Positions 1 through 9,676 of a DNA stretch of 64,000 nucleotides are shown here, piece by piece. The position numbers and the translations under genes are program-made. The stretch comes from an uncultured Gammaproteobacteria bacterium (GTDB lineage: Bacteria; Patescibacteriota; Patescibacteriia; UBA9934), in NCBI GenBank assembly GCA_964569575.1, contig CAZMTL010000001.1, positions 67,503-131,502 on the forward strand. Reading direction: 5' to 3'. The notes under the pieces are model-generated. The model worked only from the letters and a program-made list of their open reading frames with translations. It searched no databases and was not told the DNA's origin. Numbering within the stretch: the stretch's first letter is position 1; the number at the start of each line of letters is the position of its first letter.

Positions 1-1
1 G

Positions 2-910
2 CATCATTCTGCGGAAGAAATTTCGGACGCGTTGATTGCTTGTCGCAAGCAAATTAAAGGTACGTCCGTTCAACTTCTTGCTGATTTGCCCGAGGCTAAA
101 ATTCGTCTAGGGGATTTTTCTGAGGAAGTTCTTGCTCTGCAACAAGATGCGGTTTTTCATTTTCGACACGCAAATACTTCACCAAGCGCGTTCGATTTTG
201 TGCCGGTAAAAGACCTGTTCTTTTTTGAGCGCATTGCGGTCGGTGATCACTTCTATACAGGTGATGGGCAGCTGCAATTTTGCGTTACACAAACTGATGT
301 TGATTCGTTTACGGCTCGTGCATCATGTGCCGGGACGCTCATTCAGCGATCAGCCTTAACTTGCGCTCGCATTAGCGATCAACTCGACCACGTGACCGAT
401 TTCTTGCGCGATCTTGTTGTGCACCTACCAAAGTCAACACCGGATATTGTCGCCTTTTCTTTTGTGCATTCTGGTGAGATGATGCAACAACTGCTCGCTC
501 TCCTAGAGCCTCATCTGACACGAGAATGGAGCCCTGATATTGTTGCTAAAATCGAATCAATGAACGGCGTTGAGCGAATTGATGAAATTCTTCCTTTCGT
601 CGACGGAATCATGATCGCACGTGGCGACCTTGGATTACATGTTCCTATTGCAGACTTGGGAGTTATTCAAAAACGCCTTACGCGAAAAGCGCAGGCGGCA
701 GGAAAATATGTGATTGTCGCAACACAGATGTTGCAAACGATGCTGGAACACAACATTCCGTCGAGATCGGATGTACTCGATGCCACCAACGCGGTGCTCG
801 ATGGTGTAGATGCAATCATGCTGTGCCAAGAAACTTCGCATCACGCAGAACCAGCGAATGTGGTACACATGGCGAAGCGGATTATTCAATCAACTTTCAA
901 CTCGTTTTAA
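2..910 (+). CDS. pyk: pyruvate kinase, 5'-truncated at window edge (reading frame open from position 2; track ORF begins at internal TTG 32)
   Basis: Barrel/active-site motifs of PK: ..IVAKIESMNGVERIDEIL.., DGIMIARGDLG, VATQMLQTMLEH, DVLDATNAVLDGVDAIMLCQETS; no in-frame stop between position 2 and 910. Confidence 0.88.
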   Translation, partial: HHSAEEISDALIACRKQIKGTSVQLLADLPEAKIRLGDFSEEVLALQQDAVFHFRHANTSPSAFDFVPVKDLFFFERIAVGDHFYTGDGQLQFCVTQTDVDSFTARASCAGTLIQRSALTCARISDQLDHVTDFLRDLVVHLPKSTPDIVAFSFVHSGEMMQQLLALLEPHLTREWSPDIVAKIESMNGVERIDEILPFVDGIMIARGDLGLHVPIADLGVIQKRLTRKAQAAGKYVIVATQMLQTMLEHNIPSRSDVLDATNAVLDGVDAIMLCQETSHHAEPANVVHMAKRIIQSTFNSF

Positions 911-955
911 AAAAAGAATCGCCTGTCCAGGTAAAGCCTGGGCAGGCGTTTTGTG
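911..955. terminator. bidirectional rho-independent terminator between convergent pyk and 967..1395 gene
   Basis: 12-bp stem cgcctgtccagg/cctgggcaggcg (920-948) with loop taaag, A-run upstream and TTTTG downstream. Confidence 0.6.
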
Positions 956-966
956 TTCGGGTCGTG

Positions 967-1395
967 CTAGATCGGTTGGATCCGCACGTGCTTGCCGTCG
1001 AAGTGGAGTCGCACGACTTCGACAGGACTTCGTCGCCCGAAGAAGATGTGCTCGGCCCCGTTTGGGATGAACACTTCGCGTACCGTTGCTTCTGGGTACG
1101 ACGCGAACGTTGCGAGATTCGTTTTTCTCCTCGTTACAACGAATCTGGCCTTGCTGCAATCGAGCCCCACGACCAGCCGAGCACCGCTTTCGAACGTTCC
1201 GTTCGGATCTCGCCACGCCAGTCCGACGTGGCGCTTGTTCGGCCGGAAGCCGCTCATGCTTGGCACGCCGATGTGATCAGGAACACGTACGCACGCCGTC
1301 CCTTCTTCAGCTATCACGTCCTCGATCTGCGTCACAGAGAAGAGTCCTTCGCCGTCGTAACCGATCAGCCAGCACGAAACCATTGATTGAGCCAT
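967..1395 (-). CDS. hypothetical protein (142 aa) inside high-GC islet 1
   Basis: ATG preceded by GGAGGTG with 4-nt spacer; ORF about 63% GC in a roughly 47% GC background; no family recognised by eye. Confidence 0.55.
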   Translation of the reverse strand: MAQSMVSCWLIGYDGEGLFSVTQIEDVIAEEGTACVRVPDHIGVPSMSGFRPNKRHVGLAWRDPNGTFESGARLVVGLDCSKARFVVTRRKTNLATFASYPEATVREVFIPNGAEHIFFGRRSPVEVVRLHFDGKHVRIQPI

Positions 1396-1485
1396 GACAC
1401 CTCCAAAGGTTCGGACAGATTGTCATGCCAGCGCCCTGCCGTCAATCTTTTGTTTATCCTGCGCTTTGAGCGATTCGATCTTCAT

Positions 1486-2283
1486 TTATAAAAACAGTAT
1501 CAGTACAATGATTCCGAGAATAATTCGATATACCGCAAACCAGCCGTAGCTTATTTTTTGAACTAAAAAGAGGAGTGTGTTCATGGCGATTACGCCAGAT
1601 ACAAATGCGGTTACAAACCCCACCAGAATCGGAAAGACCGAGATTGCTTCACCTGATTCTATCACGTCGATAAATACCAACATGCCGGCACCGGCGATAG
1701 CGGGAATAGATAGGAGGAACGAAAATCGAGCGGCTGTTTCGCGGTTTAGTCCAGCGAATAATCCGGCACTGATGGTTGAACCTGAACGAGAGGTTCCTGG
1801 AACGAGTGCGAATACCTGTGCGCACCCAATGGCGATCGCTTGCTTCCAGCTTATTCTTGCTGGTTCCGCAACGCTTTTCTTTCTTCTTTTTTGCACTTCG
1901 TCGGCAATCCAAAGAATGATTCCCCAGACGATTAACATGATCGCGATTACCACTGGGTTTCGGAGTGAATCGAGGAATGCGTCGTTAATTAAAAATCCAA
2001 CAAACACAATCGGCAGCGTTGCCATCACAATCTTCCACCCCAGCACTCCTTCGCGGTCGTGTTTTTTGGAGAATAAACCCTGCAAAATATGCTGAATATC
2101 TTCGCGTAAAACCCAAATGATCGCACAGAGCGTTGCTAAATGCGTCGCAACATCGAACACGAGTGACTGTTCTTGCCAACCGAATAATTGCGGAATTAAC
2201 ACCAAGTGCCCCGAACTAGAAATTGGAAGAAACTCGGCGATTCCTTGCACTAAGCCGAGAATGGCGGCCTGAAATATGTTCAT
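1486..2283 (-). CDS. uppP: undecaprenyl-diphosphate phosphatase (BacA/UppP)
   Basis: Polytopic membrane protein with UppP signature motifs ISSSGHL and PGTSRSG. Confidence 0.92.
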   Translation of the reverse strand: MNIFQAAILGLVQGIAEFLPISSSGHLVLIPQLFGWQEQSLVFDVATHLATLCAIIWVLREDIQHILQGLFSKKHDREGVLGWKIVMATLPIVFVGFLINDAFLDSLRNPVVIAIMLIVWGIILWIADEVQKRRKKSVAEPARISWKQAIAIGCAQVFALVPGTSRSGSTISAGLFAGLNRETAARFSFLLSIPAIAGAGMLVFIDVIESGEAISVFPILVGFVTAFVSGVIAMNTLLFLVQKISYGWFAVYRIILGIIVLILFL

Positions 2284-2284
2284 A

Positions 2285-4915
2285 CTACTCGTCGAACGTC
2301 ACAACCTGACCTGGAAGAACGGAGGTGGATTTTGGACGTTCTTCTTTTGGCGCGCGCAATTGATCTGGCGCGTGGTCGTTTGGTTGTTTTGGTGTTTGTT
2401 GTACTGGTTGAGATTCGGGAGGCTGAACTTTTGATTTTTGTTGCCATTGCGAAAACGCCTCTTTTTGTTGAGAGTTCGCACGTGCTTGATTTGCTGTCAG
2501 ATGATTATTTTGAGACGGATTTTTGAGTGAATCGAGACTGATGCGTTCTTGCGGCACTTCCGAAGAACCTTCACCTCCCTCGCCTCTGCCTTTTCGACGT
2601 CGGCGTTTACGTTTACGTTTTTTTGTGGATTCGTCACCTGCACTGGCCGACTGTCCGTCGTTTCGCGATTGCGTTGACGCAGGACGCTGTTCGCTATCGG
2701 CTGGCGACTGACCTCCCCTAGCCTCCGGCACTAAAGGCCGGACAAGCTCTCCTTGTGGATCTGAGAAGGAGGGGGAACTCGTTCGATTTTCTTCGCGATC
2801 CGGACGCTCTCTTCTCGTCATCCCGGGCTCCGACCCGGGATCCATCGCTTCTTGCTGCGGTCGCTCGGCGCGATCTACTCGCTCTTCGCGAGGGCGTTCG
2901 CTGCGCTGTTGTGGCACTTCGCGAGACGGTCGTTCGATAGACTCACTTCGCTCCAGCTTTGGAGCCGTTGGATCTGGAACAGGGCTTGATAGCGGTTCGC
3001 GTTGAATTACTTCGCTTCGGCTTTCGGTTTCACCGTCTACCTTCGGCGCCTCTTCCATATGAAGGACTTCAGACGCTTTAAAAGCTGGAAGCGCTGTTGT
3101 TTGTTCAGATGTTATTGTCGGCTCTTTTGCTTCTGGTGCTTTTTTCTCGGACCGAGTTTCGTTGCGTTTTAATGAATCGAGGGAGATGGTTGCCTTTGGT
3201 TGATCTACCACCAACTCACCGTCTGATACTTTTTGTACCGGCGGAAGTTTTGGTTCTGATTTTTTTGGCTCTTCGCGTTTGCGATCGCCTTTGCGGTCAG
3301 ATGACCGCGGCTCGCTTGAACCGCCTCGACCTCCTTTTGGTTTGCTTTTTGATTTCGCTCGTTCTTCCTTTATGATCGGCATGCAGTCGTCGCAATAAAT
3401 TGGACGTGAACGATCGAGTTCAACTGGTAAACCGAATTCTTTGTTACAACGTGTACAGTTGTAATTGTGTTTGTATTTTTCTTTGCGTTTTTCTTTCGCT
3501 TCCTTCAACGCTGAATCGAATTCCTTCTCCATGTCGATGTCATCGCCTCCAAAACCGCTCCATCGCACTACGTGTTCCTCGATTTTTTCTCGAGGAATTG
3601 AATAGCGCTCGCGGGATTGGGTAATCACCTTTTGCTCACTGTCGGTTCGGTGTGCAATTGGCGCGAGCGTTGCGGCAGAAAACGGTTGTGATGTCACACC
3701 GTCGATCATTAGCTTCAGGTAGATGCTGAATTTTGGCAGGTTAATAATGTCTTCCGGCGTAAAGCGAGGCATGAATTCATCTTCCATGAATACGGCGTCG
3801 GGCGAACCTACGCGGAATGAAATGATGGTTCCAACGTTTCCGAACACGGCGTCGCGCACTTCTTCGGTTAACTGAGCGATGTATTGGTGCGCCATGATCA
3901 AATTCAATCGGTACTTTCGGGCTTCGGACAAGATTGAGGCAAATGATTCCACGGCGAAGTTTTGGAATTCGTCTACGTACAAATAAAAATCTGCGCGATC
4001 TGCTTCGGGCGTGTCGACGCGTTCCATGGCGGACATTTGAATTTTTGTAATGATCATTCCACCGAGCAAGCGCGAAGCATCTTCCCCGATTCGTCCTTTT
4101 GACAGGTTGATGATGAGGATTTTTTCTTCATCCATGATTTTACGGATGTTGATAGTGGACTGTGCTTGCGCCACGATGTTTCGAACGATTGATGCAGAAA
4201 GGAACTGTCCTACTTTGTTTTGGATCGGAGCCACGGCTTCGGTTGCGAATTTGTCCTGGTACTGCGCGAATTCTTTTACCCAAAACTGACGGACGATTGG
4301 GTCTTTTACGTTTGAGATGATTTCTTTTCGATAGTCCTTGTCGGAAAGTACGCGGTTGATTCCTAGCAATGTTGAACCTGGGTTGTCGAGCAACGCTAAA
4401 ATTGTGTTGTTTAAGATGTATTCCATTCGAGCAGACCATACGTTTTCCCAGATCTTTTTGAATACACCCATCATTCCGGCGGCGACCAAATGTTTCATTT
4501 CGTCGTCGACCGATTCTAAAATGTTGAACCCGACCGGGTACTGTACATCGGCTGGGTTGAAATACACGACATCGTTTATGCGCCACGACGGGATGTAGTC
4601 GAGTAATTTTTCAGCTGTGTCTCCGTGCGGATCCACATAGCAGGCTCCGTGTCCGGCGTAAATGTCGGAGAGGATCATGTTTTCGAGCAGGGTGGTTTTT
4701 CCCATCCCTGTTTTTCCGATCACATACGTATGACGGCGGCGATCGTCTGTTTTTATGCCGAATTTTCGCATTTGGTTTCGGAAATTGGTTTTTCCGAAGT
4801 AAATGATGTCATTTTCGTGATCGTGTGGGTAGCGCATATTCATAAGGAAATGGATCAGCAATTTGAACGGAAGCGTCTGCGTCGATGTTGTTTCGCGACA
4901 TACGGACGACTTCAC
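2285..4915 (-). CDS. VirD4/TraG/TraD-like type IV coupling-protein-family ATPase with C-terminal zinc ribbon and roughly 350-aa disordered K/R/E/P-rich tail
   Basis: Walker A VIGKTGMGKTT followed by YVDPHGD (TrwB/TraD AAD-binding-type NTPase); CTRCNKEF...YCDDCMP zinc ribbon; tail has KKRKRKRRRRKGRG patch; 33-nt gap to upstream gene. Confidence 0.8.
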   Translation of the reverse strand: MKSSVCRETTSTQTLPFKLLIHFLMNMRYPHDHENDIIYFGKTNFRNQMRKFGIKTDDRRRHTYVIGKTGMGKTTLLENMILSDIYAGHGACYVDPHGDTAEKLLDYIPSWRINDVVYFNPADVQYPVGFNILESVDDEMKHLVAAGMMGVFKKIWENVWSARMEYILNNTILALLDNPGSTLLGINRVLSDKDYRKEIISNVKDPIVRQFWVKEFAQYQDKFATEAVAPIQNKVGQFLSASIVRNIVAQAQSTINIRKIMDEEKILIINLSKGRIGEDASRLLGGMIITKIQMSAMERVDTPEADRADFYLYVDEFQNFAVESFASILSEARKYRLNLIMAHQYIAQLTEEVRDAVFGNVGTIISFRVGSPDAVFMEDEFMPRFTPEDIINLPKFSIYLKLMIDGVTSQPFSAATLAPIAHRTDSEQKVITQSRERYSIPREKIEEHVVRWSGFGGDDIDMEKEFDSALKEAKEKRKEKYKHNYNCTRCNKEFGLPVELDRSRPIYCDDCMPIIKEERAKSKSKPKGGRGGSSEPRSSDRKGDRKREEPKKSEPKLPPVQKVSDGELVVDQPKATISLDSLKRNETRSEKKAPEAKEPTITSEQTTALPAFKASEVLHMEEAPKVDGETESRSEVIQREPLSSPVPDPTAPKLERSESIERPSREVPQQRSERPREERVDRAERPQQEAMDPGSEPGMTRRERPDREENRTSSPSFSDPQGELVRPLVPEARGGQSPADSEQRPASTQSRNDGQSASAGDESTKKRKRKRRRRKGRGEGGEGSSEVPQERISLDSLKNPSQNNHLTANQARANSQQKEAFSQWQQKSKVQPPESQPVQQTPKQPNDHAPDQLRAPKEERPKSTSVLPGQVVTFDE
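2710..2850. repeat. MITE-like composite hairpin repeat, copy 5 (inside CDS tail; core A forward, core B inverted, extra ccggcactaaaggccgg hairpin)
   Basis: ctcgtcatcccgggctccgacccgggatccatcg at 2814-2847 and ctccttgtggatctgagaaggaggggg at 2741-2767; matches copies at 33731, 46955, 24331, 22536. Confidence 0.6.
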
Positions 4916-4948
4916 CCAGTCGTAGAGACCGAGTGAAGTATTCGCTGA

Positions 4949-6568
4949 TTAAAGTGGAAGATTTCGAGGGATTTCTTCGTTGTTGATTGGTTCGTCTGCC
5001 AAATCGAGCCCTGGTGGAAGCGGCGCCGGCATTCCTGGGCGAGGCATACTAGGGTCGATAAATTCTTCAGGAACGTGCGCTGGTGCCGGAACCTGTACTG
5101 GTCGTGACTGAACTTGCGTGGTACGTGTAGACGTTGGCGCTGTTGGATGCGGCGCGACAAGCGGCTTTGCTTGTGGAAGCGACGATGCTCCATAACCTCC
5201 CTGCACATCGGGCGATGTACGGTTTAGATTTGGCAAATCTGGTTCGTCGACACCAGCGAATTGTAATTCGTTTGGCGCTTCTGAACGTCGCGCGCCAAGC
5301 GATGTAAGTACCGGTGTTCGCGCGTCCGCTGCTGGGAAGTGGAAAATAGTCGCAAGTTCTTCAACGTTTAAAATGTACGGGCTCGCTCCTGTTCCAAACG
5401 ATCGTGCCTTGAACCGATTCACCAAATTACGCTGCCTTCCAGGCAATTCCCATTCTTGCCAGAAGTAATCGTCGTTTGGCGTTGCTGGAGCGTGAAGTCC
5501 AAGCTTGTTCAAGTTTAAATGACCGTACTGATTCCAAATTCCTTTGGTCATCGATGCGATCGTTCCTTTTCGGAAAATTGGCTTTTGTGCAGCGTAGTAA
5601 AAGCGGATTTTTGTGTACCAACCAATTTTTGAAATCTTATTCGCGATTCCGTCGATTTTTTCTTTTTCACGTGGAGTGATTTTGAACGCCGCGAAATCGT
5701 CGGCCTTCTTTTCTTCGCTCGCCGATCCTGTTAAAGAACCACCGGTCACCTGCTCGACGATTTCAGCGGGCAACCAAGAAATCACGTCCGCAATGCCGTT
5801 TCCTGATTTTTTCTTTTCTTCTTTTCCGTACAAACGATTGATTTCTTTCTCCCCTTTCTTCAACCAATCGTCGTCCATGATTGGGTAAATCAACAGCTGC
5901 ATAAAGTAGTACTCCCCTGGCTGCATGCGGCCGATTCCTTCGAGCAACGAAAGAAGAGGATCTTTGAATCGCTGATCCTTTTCACCCGTATGCTCGAAGC
6001 TATCCCATGTTCGAATCGGGAGATAATCTGCATTTGCTAGTTTTACTTCCGAACCCCATAAATCCCAGTTTTCGTTCGGGAATTCTTTTGGCACCACATC
6101 GACGTAATCTTCGTCTACTTCGCTGATTTGTGCTTCTGGGTACTGAGCGTAAAATGCGGCTTCGACCATGTCACGATACTTTGTGACGGTGCGGATATAA
6201 AAACGCACTTCGCCGCCAAGACTGGCGATTTCGAAACTGAACCATCCTTGGATTTTTCCGTCGAGCCATTTTTCTTTCCACGTTGGTGTTGATTTGATTC
6301 CGGCCAAACTGGTAAAGAAGTTTTCCATTCCTTTCGGTGTTTGAATTGCATCTCCAGGAACGTTAACTCGTAATAAATTCCACTTGAGCTTGGAGACGTA
6401 CAACCCTTGTCGGGCGTCGAGCCAGAGTTCGAGCAACCCCCAAATGACAACACAAAAAATAAGAAATCCACCAATGGTAAAAATGATATTGCGTGCCAAT
6501 ACTTCAAACGGCGTTATTTCGAGGTATCGGTTGACACTCTCGATAAGCTCGGAAAAAAATGTTTCCAT
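4949..6568 (-). CDS. hypothetical membrane protein (539 aa, N-terminal TM helix, Pro-rich C-terminus), gene partner of VirD4-like ATPase
   Basis: Single N-terminal hydrophobic segment IIFTIGGFLIFCVVIWGLLELW; co-directional, 33 nt upstream of ATPase gene; no known family recognised. Confidence 0.75.
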   Translation of the reverse strand: METFFSELIESVNRYLEITPFEVLARNIIFTIGGFLIFCVVIWGLLELWLDARQGLYVSKLKWNLLRVNVPGDAIQTPKGMENFFTSLAGIKSTPTWKEKWLDGKIQGWFSFEIASLGGEVRFYIRTVTKYRDMVEAAFYAQYPEAQISEVDEDYVDVVPKEFPNENWDLWGSEVKLANADYLPIRTWDSFEHTGEKDQRFKDPLLSLLEGIGRMQPGEYYFMQLLIYPIMDDDWLKKGEKEINRLYGKEEKKKSGNGIADVISWLPAEIVEQVTGGSLTGSASEEKKADDFAAFKITPREKEKIDGIANKISKIGWYTKIRFYYAAQKPIFRKGTIASMTKGIWNQYGHLNLNKLGLHAPATPNDDYFWQEWELPGRQRNLVNRFKARSFGTGASPYILNVEELATIFHFPAADARTPVLTSLGARRSEAPNELQFAGVDEPDLPNLNRTSPDVQGGYGASSLPQAKPLVAPHPTAPTSTRTTQVQSRPVQVPAPAHVPEEFIDPSMPRPGMPAPLPPGLDLADEPINNEEIPRNLPL

Positions 6569-6677
6569 ATTCTTCCTTTAGTATAACATAATGCGACTGT
6601 TTTTCTGTACACAGATGTGGTGCACGACTGCCTGTTCTTGCAACAAAAAAACAGGCTTTCGCCCGTTTTTTTGTGTG

Positions 6678-7577
6678 TTATTTTTTTGTGAACTTTTCCC
6701 AAGTCACCAACAACGGACTTGCAAGGAAAATGGATGAGTAGGCTCCGCTGACAATTCCGATAATCAGCGTAAGGATAAACGGCTTTGTCGTCACTCCTCC
6801 GAAGAAGAATACGGCAAGGAGCACAAGAAGCGTGGTGAGTGAGGTATTAATCGATCGTCCGAAACTTTGCACAATACTTCGATTCACAACTTCCGAAAAC
6901 GGTTCGTCGGAATGTCGGTTGAGCGTGAGGTTTTCGCGCACACGGTCGAAGATTACGATCGTGTCGTTAATTGAATATCCCAGAATGGTTAGGATTGCTG
7001 CGATAAACGCTGTGTCTAATTGGTAACCGGCTACTTTTCCAAGGACAGCAAATACTCCAAGTGGGATCAGGACGTCGTGAAGAGCCGTTACGATTGTGAG
7101 CACTCCGTACTTCCATGACGCGATCGGCTTTGCAACCGTACGGAATGACCAAGCGACGTAGACAACGATAAGCGCAAGTAAAATGATGACAGCGATAATT
7201 GATTTTTGCTTCAATTCCTTTCCGATCACCGGACCAATTGAATCGAAACGTGTTTCTTCGAATGCTCCGTGGCGTTCTTGCAGCGTTGCGGTAATTGCAT
7301 CGTGCGCTTCACGGTCGATGGATTCCATTCGGACAATGACCACGTTGTCATCACCGGTTTGTGTTGTTGGTGAGTAGCCAAGTTCTTGAATGGTCGAGCG
7401 GACATCTTCTGATGAAACCGTGTTTTCAAACTTTACTTCCATTAATGTTCCTCCTGTAAAATCGATTCCAAGCTGGAGCCCAAAGACCAGAATGGCGACA
7501 ATCGAAGCAATCGATAGGGCGCCCGAAATAGCAAACCAGATTTTTGAGTGGCGCACGATGTGCAGTGTGTTTTTCAT
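6678..7577 (-). CDS. secF: protein translocase subunit SecF
   Basis: GIDFTGGT motif, 6-TM SecF topology; immediately downstream of secD. Confidence 0.92.
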   Translation of the reverse strand: MKNTLHIVRHSKIWFAISGALSIASIVAILVFGLQLGIDFTGGTLMEVKFENTVSSEDVRSTIQELGYSPTTQTGDDNVVIVRMESIDREAHDAITATLQERHGAFEETRFDSIGPVIGKELKQKSIIAVIILLALIVVYVAWSFRTVAKPIASWKYGVLTIVTALHDVLIPLGVFAVLGKVAGYQLDTAFIAAILTILGYSINDTIVIFDRVRENLTLNRHSDEPFSEVVNRSIVQSFGRSINTSLTTLLVLLAVFFFGGVTTKPFILTLIIGIVSGAYSSIFLASPLLVTWEKFTKK

Positions 7578-7578
7578 A

Positions 7579-9591
7579 TTATTCTTCTGAATTTCCGTTA
7601 TACAACCATTTTGCTCGTAACACCTTCACTTCACTTGCGGCTTTTAAGAAGACACGCGTGACGAAAATCGCTGTAAGCATCGATACAATAATTCCGATCG
7701 CGAGCGTGAGGGCAAATCCTTTAATGAAGCTTGTACTCATGATGAATAAGATGCCGGCCGCGATAAGTGTTGTTAGGTTTCCGTCGCGAATTGAAGTCCA
7801 TGCTCGGCGGAATCCTTCGTCGATCGCCGTTCCCAAGTCGCGTCCAGAACGTAGTTCTTCTTTTAGACGTTCGAAGATGAGTACGTTTGCGTCAACCGCC
7901 ATTCCGATCGACAGAATGAATCCGGCGATGGAAGAAAGCGTCATGGTGACGCCTAGCCATTTGTAGACAGCTAAGTTGATCATTGCGTAAAGAAGAAGCG
8001 AGATAACCGCGATCAATCCAGCAAGTCGGTAGTAAGCGATCATGAAAATCGCTACAAGCGCGAATCCGATCAATGCAGCTTGTACACTTCGATCAAGCGA
8101 TGCTTGTCCGAGCGTTGGTCCAACGGTTTGCTGAGCGATCAGTTCGATAGGCACTGGAAGCGCTCCTGCGTTCAATCGCTGAGCGAGCAATTTTGCTTCG
8201 TCGAGCGTGAATGAACCAGTAATACTTGCTTGGCCTCCGTAAATCGCTTGCTGAATAACTGGTGCCGAAATCAATTCTCCGTCAAGGAAAATTCCCATGA
8301 TTCCGCCAATGTTTTGCTCTGTAATGGTCGCAAATGCTTCCGATCCTTCGCCGTTAAATTCGAGCAAAATGTACCAACCGCCTGTGTAAGTGTCTTGAGT
8401 TACTGACGCCCGTCGAATGTCTTCACCAGAAAGTTCGGTCGATTGCCACGGGTCGATGTCCGCAATGTCGGAAAGCGTAGTCCATGGAAGTTCGATGTGG
8501 GCGATTTCGTAGGCGTTTGCAGAACGCGAATCTTGTCGGAAGATGATGTGGAAACCAAAATCTGTTTCGATTACATCCGAAATACGATTGTCGCGCATTG
8601 CGAACAACGCGTCGTTGAATTCTTCCACCATCTGCCCTTCTGCTACCCACCCAAGACTTCCAGCCGCATTTACTGCGGTTGGGTCGTCGGATCGTTCGGC
8701 AGCGATTTCGCCAAAGTTCTGCGTCGTGACTTCGCCTGCGATTTCGTTAATGAGTACTTCTGCTTCTTCGCGCGTTCGTGTTTGTTCACATCGCGTTGTT
8801 CCTTCAAAACAAATCAAAATGTGCGATGCTTCGACTTCCTGCTGTTCTTCGACCGAGAGGACATTCACAATGTGCATCGCAGATGTGCTTTCGTACAAAC
8901 CATCTACCACTCCTTCCTCAATTCCGTCTTCGACCAACTGCTGTACCAAGCCGTCAAATACCGTGTGCGTTGAATCAACAAATCCAACGTATCCGCCGCT
9001 TACTGACGTTTCTTCATCAACCGACAATTCGCTTGCCAGTTCTTCGAAATTTTCGCGGTCGAGTGCGCGATCAAGAATGTCGAGCGCGCTTTCGCGTTCC
9101 ATTTCCTGCGCGGCTTCGATCTGCGCCTGCTGTTCTTCGGTTGGGTCGATATCTACGTTTTCGTTCGGTAATTTGAATTCCAAAATTGGTGTTTCACCAA
9201 TCTGATCGATTGCTTCTGATACATCGAATACGCCAGCGAGATCGACAATGATACGATCACGATCTGGAACGGCCTGAACGATCGGTTCCGAAACACCAAA
9301 GGCGTTTACACGACGTTCAATTACATCCCGAATTCCTTGAAGCGCCTGATTTTTCTGACCATCTTCTACCGCTGACAAATCAGCTTGGTATTCGAGGTGC
9401 GCTCCGCCCTGTAAATCTCGCCCAAGACGAAAACCGTCTTCGTTTAATTTAAGTCCATTTAAACCAATCGCTCCAAACGCGGAATTCCATGCGGATGGAA
9501 ATGCGGTTGAAGCGGTAAAGATTCCCACAAAAAGAATGGCAAGAATACTTGCGTAAAGTCCTTTTTGGGATGCTGACGGTGATTTCTTCAT
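7579..9591 (-). CDS. secD: protein translocase subunit SecD (long periplasmic domain)
   Basis: DLQGGAHLEY first periplasmic motif, C-terminal 6 TM segments, adjacent secF. Confidence 0.92.
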   Translation of the reverse strand: MKKSPSASQKGLYASILAILFVGIFTASTAFPSAWNSAFGAIGLNGLKLNEDGFRLGRDLQGGAHLEYQADLSAVEDGQKNQALQGIRDVIERRVNAFGVSEPIVQAVPDRDRIIVDLAGVFDVSEAIDQIGETPILEFKLPNENVDIDPTEEQQAQIEAAQEMERESALDILDRALDRENFEELASELSVDEETSVSGGYVGFVDSTHTVFDGLVQQLVEDGIEEGVVDGLYESTSAMHIVNVLSVEEQQEVEASHILICFEGTTRCEQTRTREEAEVLINEIAGEVTTQNFGEIAAERSDDPTAVNAAGSLGWVAEGQMVEEFNDALFAMRDNRISDVIETDFGFHIIFRQDSRSANAYEIAHIELPWTTLSDIADIDPWQSTELSGEDIRRASVTQDTYTGGWYILLEFNGEGSEAFATITEQNIGGIMGIFLDGELISAPVIQQAIYGGQASITGSFTLDEAKLLAQRLNAGALPVPIELIAQQTVGPTLGQASLDRSVQAALIGFALVAIFMIAYYRLAGLIAVISLLLYAMINLAVYKWLGVTMTLSSIAGFILSIGMAVDANVLIFERLKEELRSGRDLGTAIDEGFRRAWTSIRDGNLTTLIAAGILFIMSTSFIKGFALTLAIGIIVSMLTAIFVTRVFLKAASEVKVLRAKWLYNGNSEE

Positions 9592-9676
9592 ACGTACGAC
9601 AAAAACTGAATCCCTCCATTATATTTATGCGCCTATTTTAGGCGGTTTTACGAAGTTTCGCAAGGAAACGTGTGGG

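Noticed and set aside
823-1397. Plus-strand ORFs 823..1386, 992..1276, 1086..1397 overlapping pyk end and islet 1
   Set aside because: They overlap the 3' end of pyk and lack an RBS. The minus-strand ORF 967..1395 has a strong SD and a terminator, and is preferred.
8443-9205. Plus-strand ORFs (176, 220, 132 aa) antisense to secD
   Set aside because: They lie within a highly conserved secD coding region and have Ser/Cys/Arg-rich low-complexity sequence. They are likely antisense artefacts.
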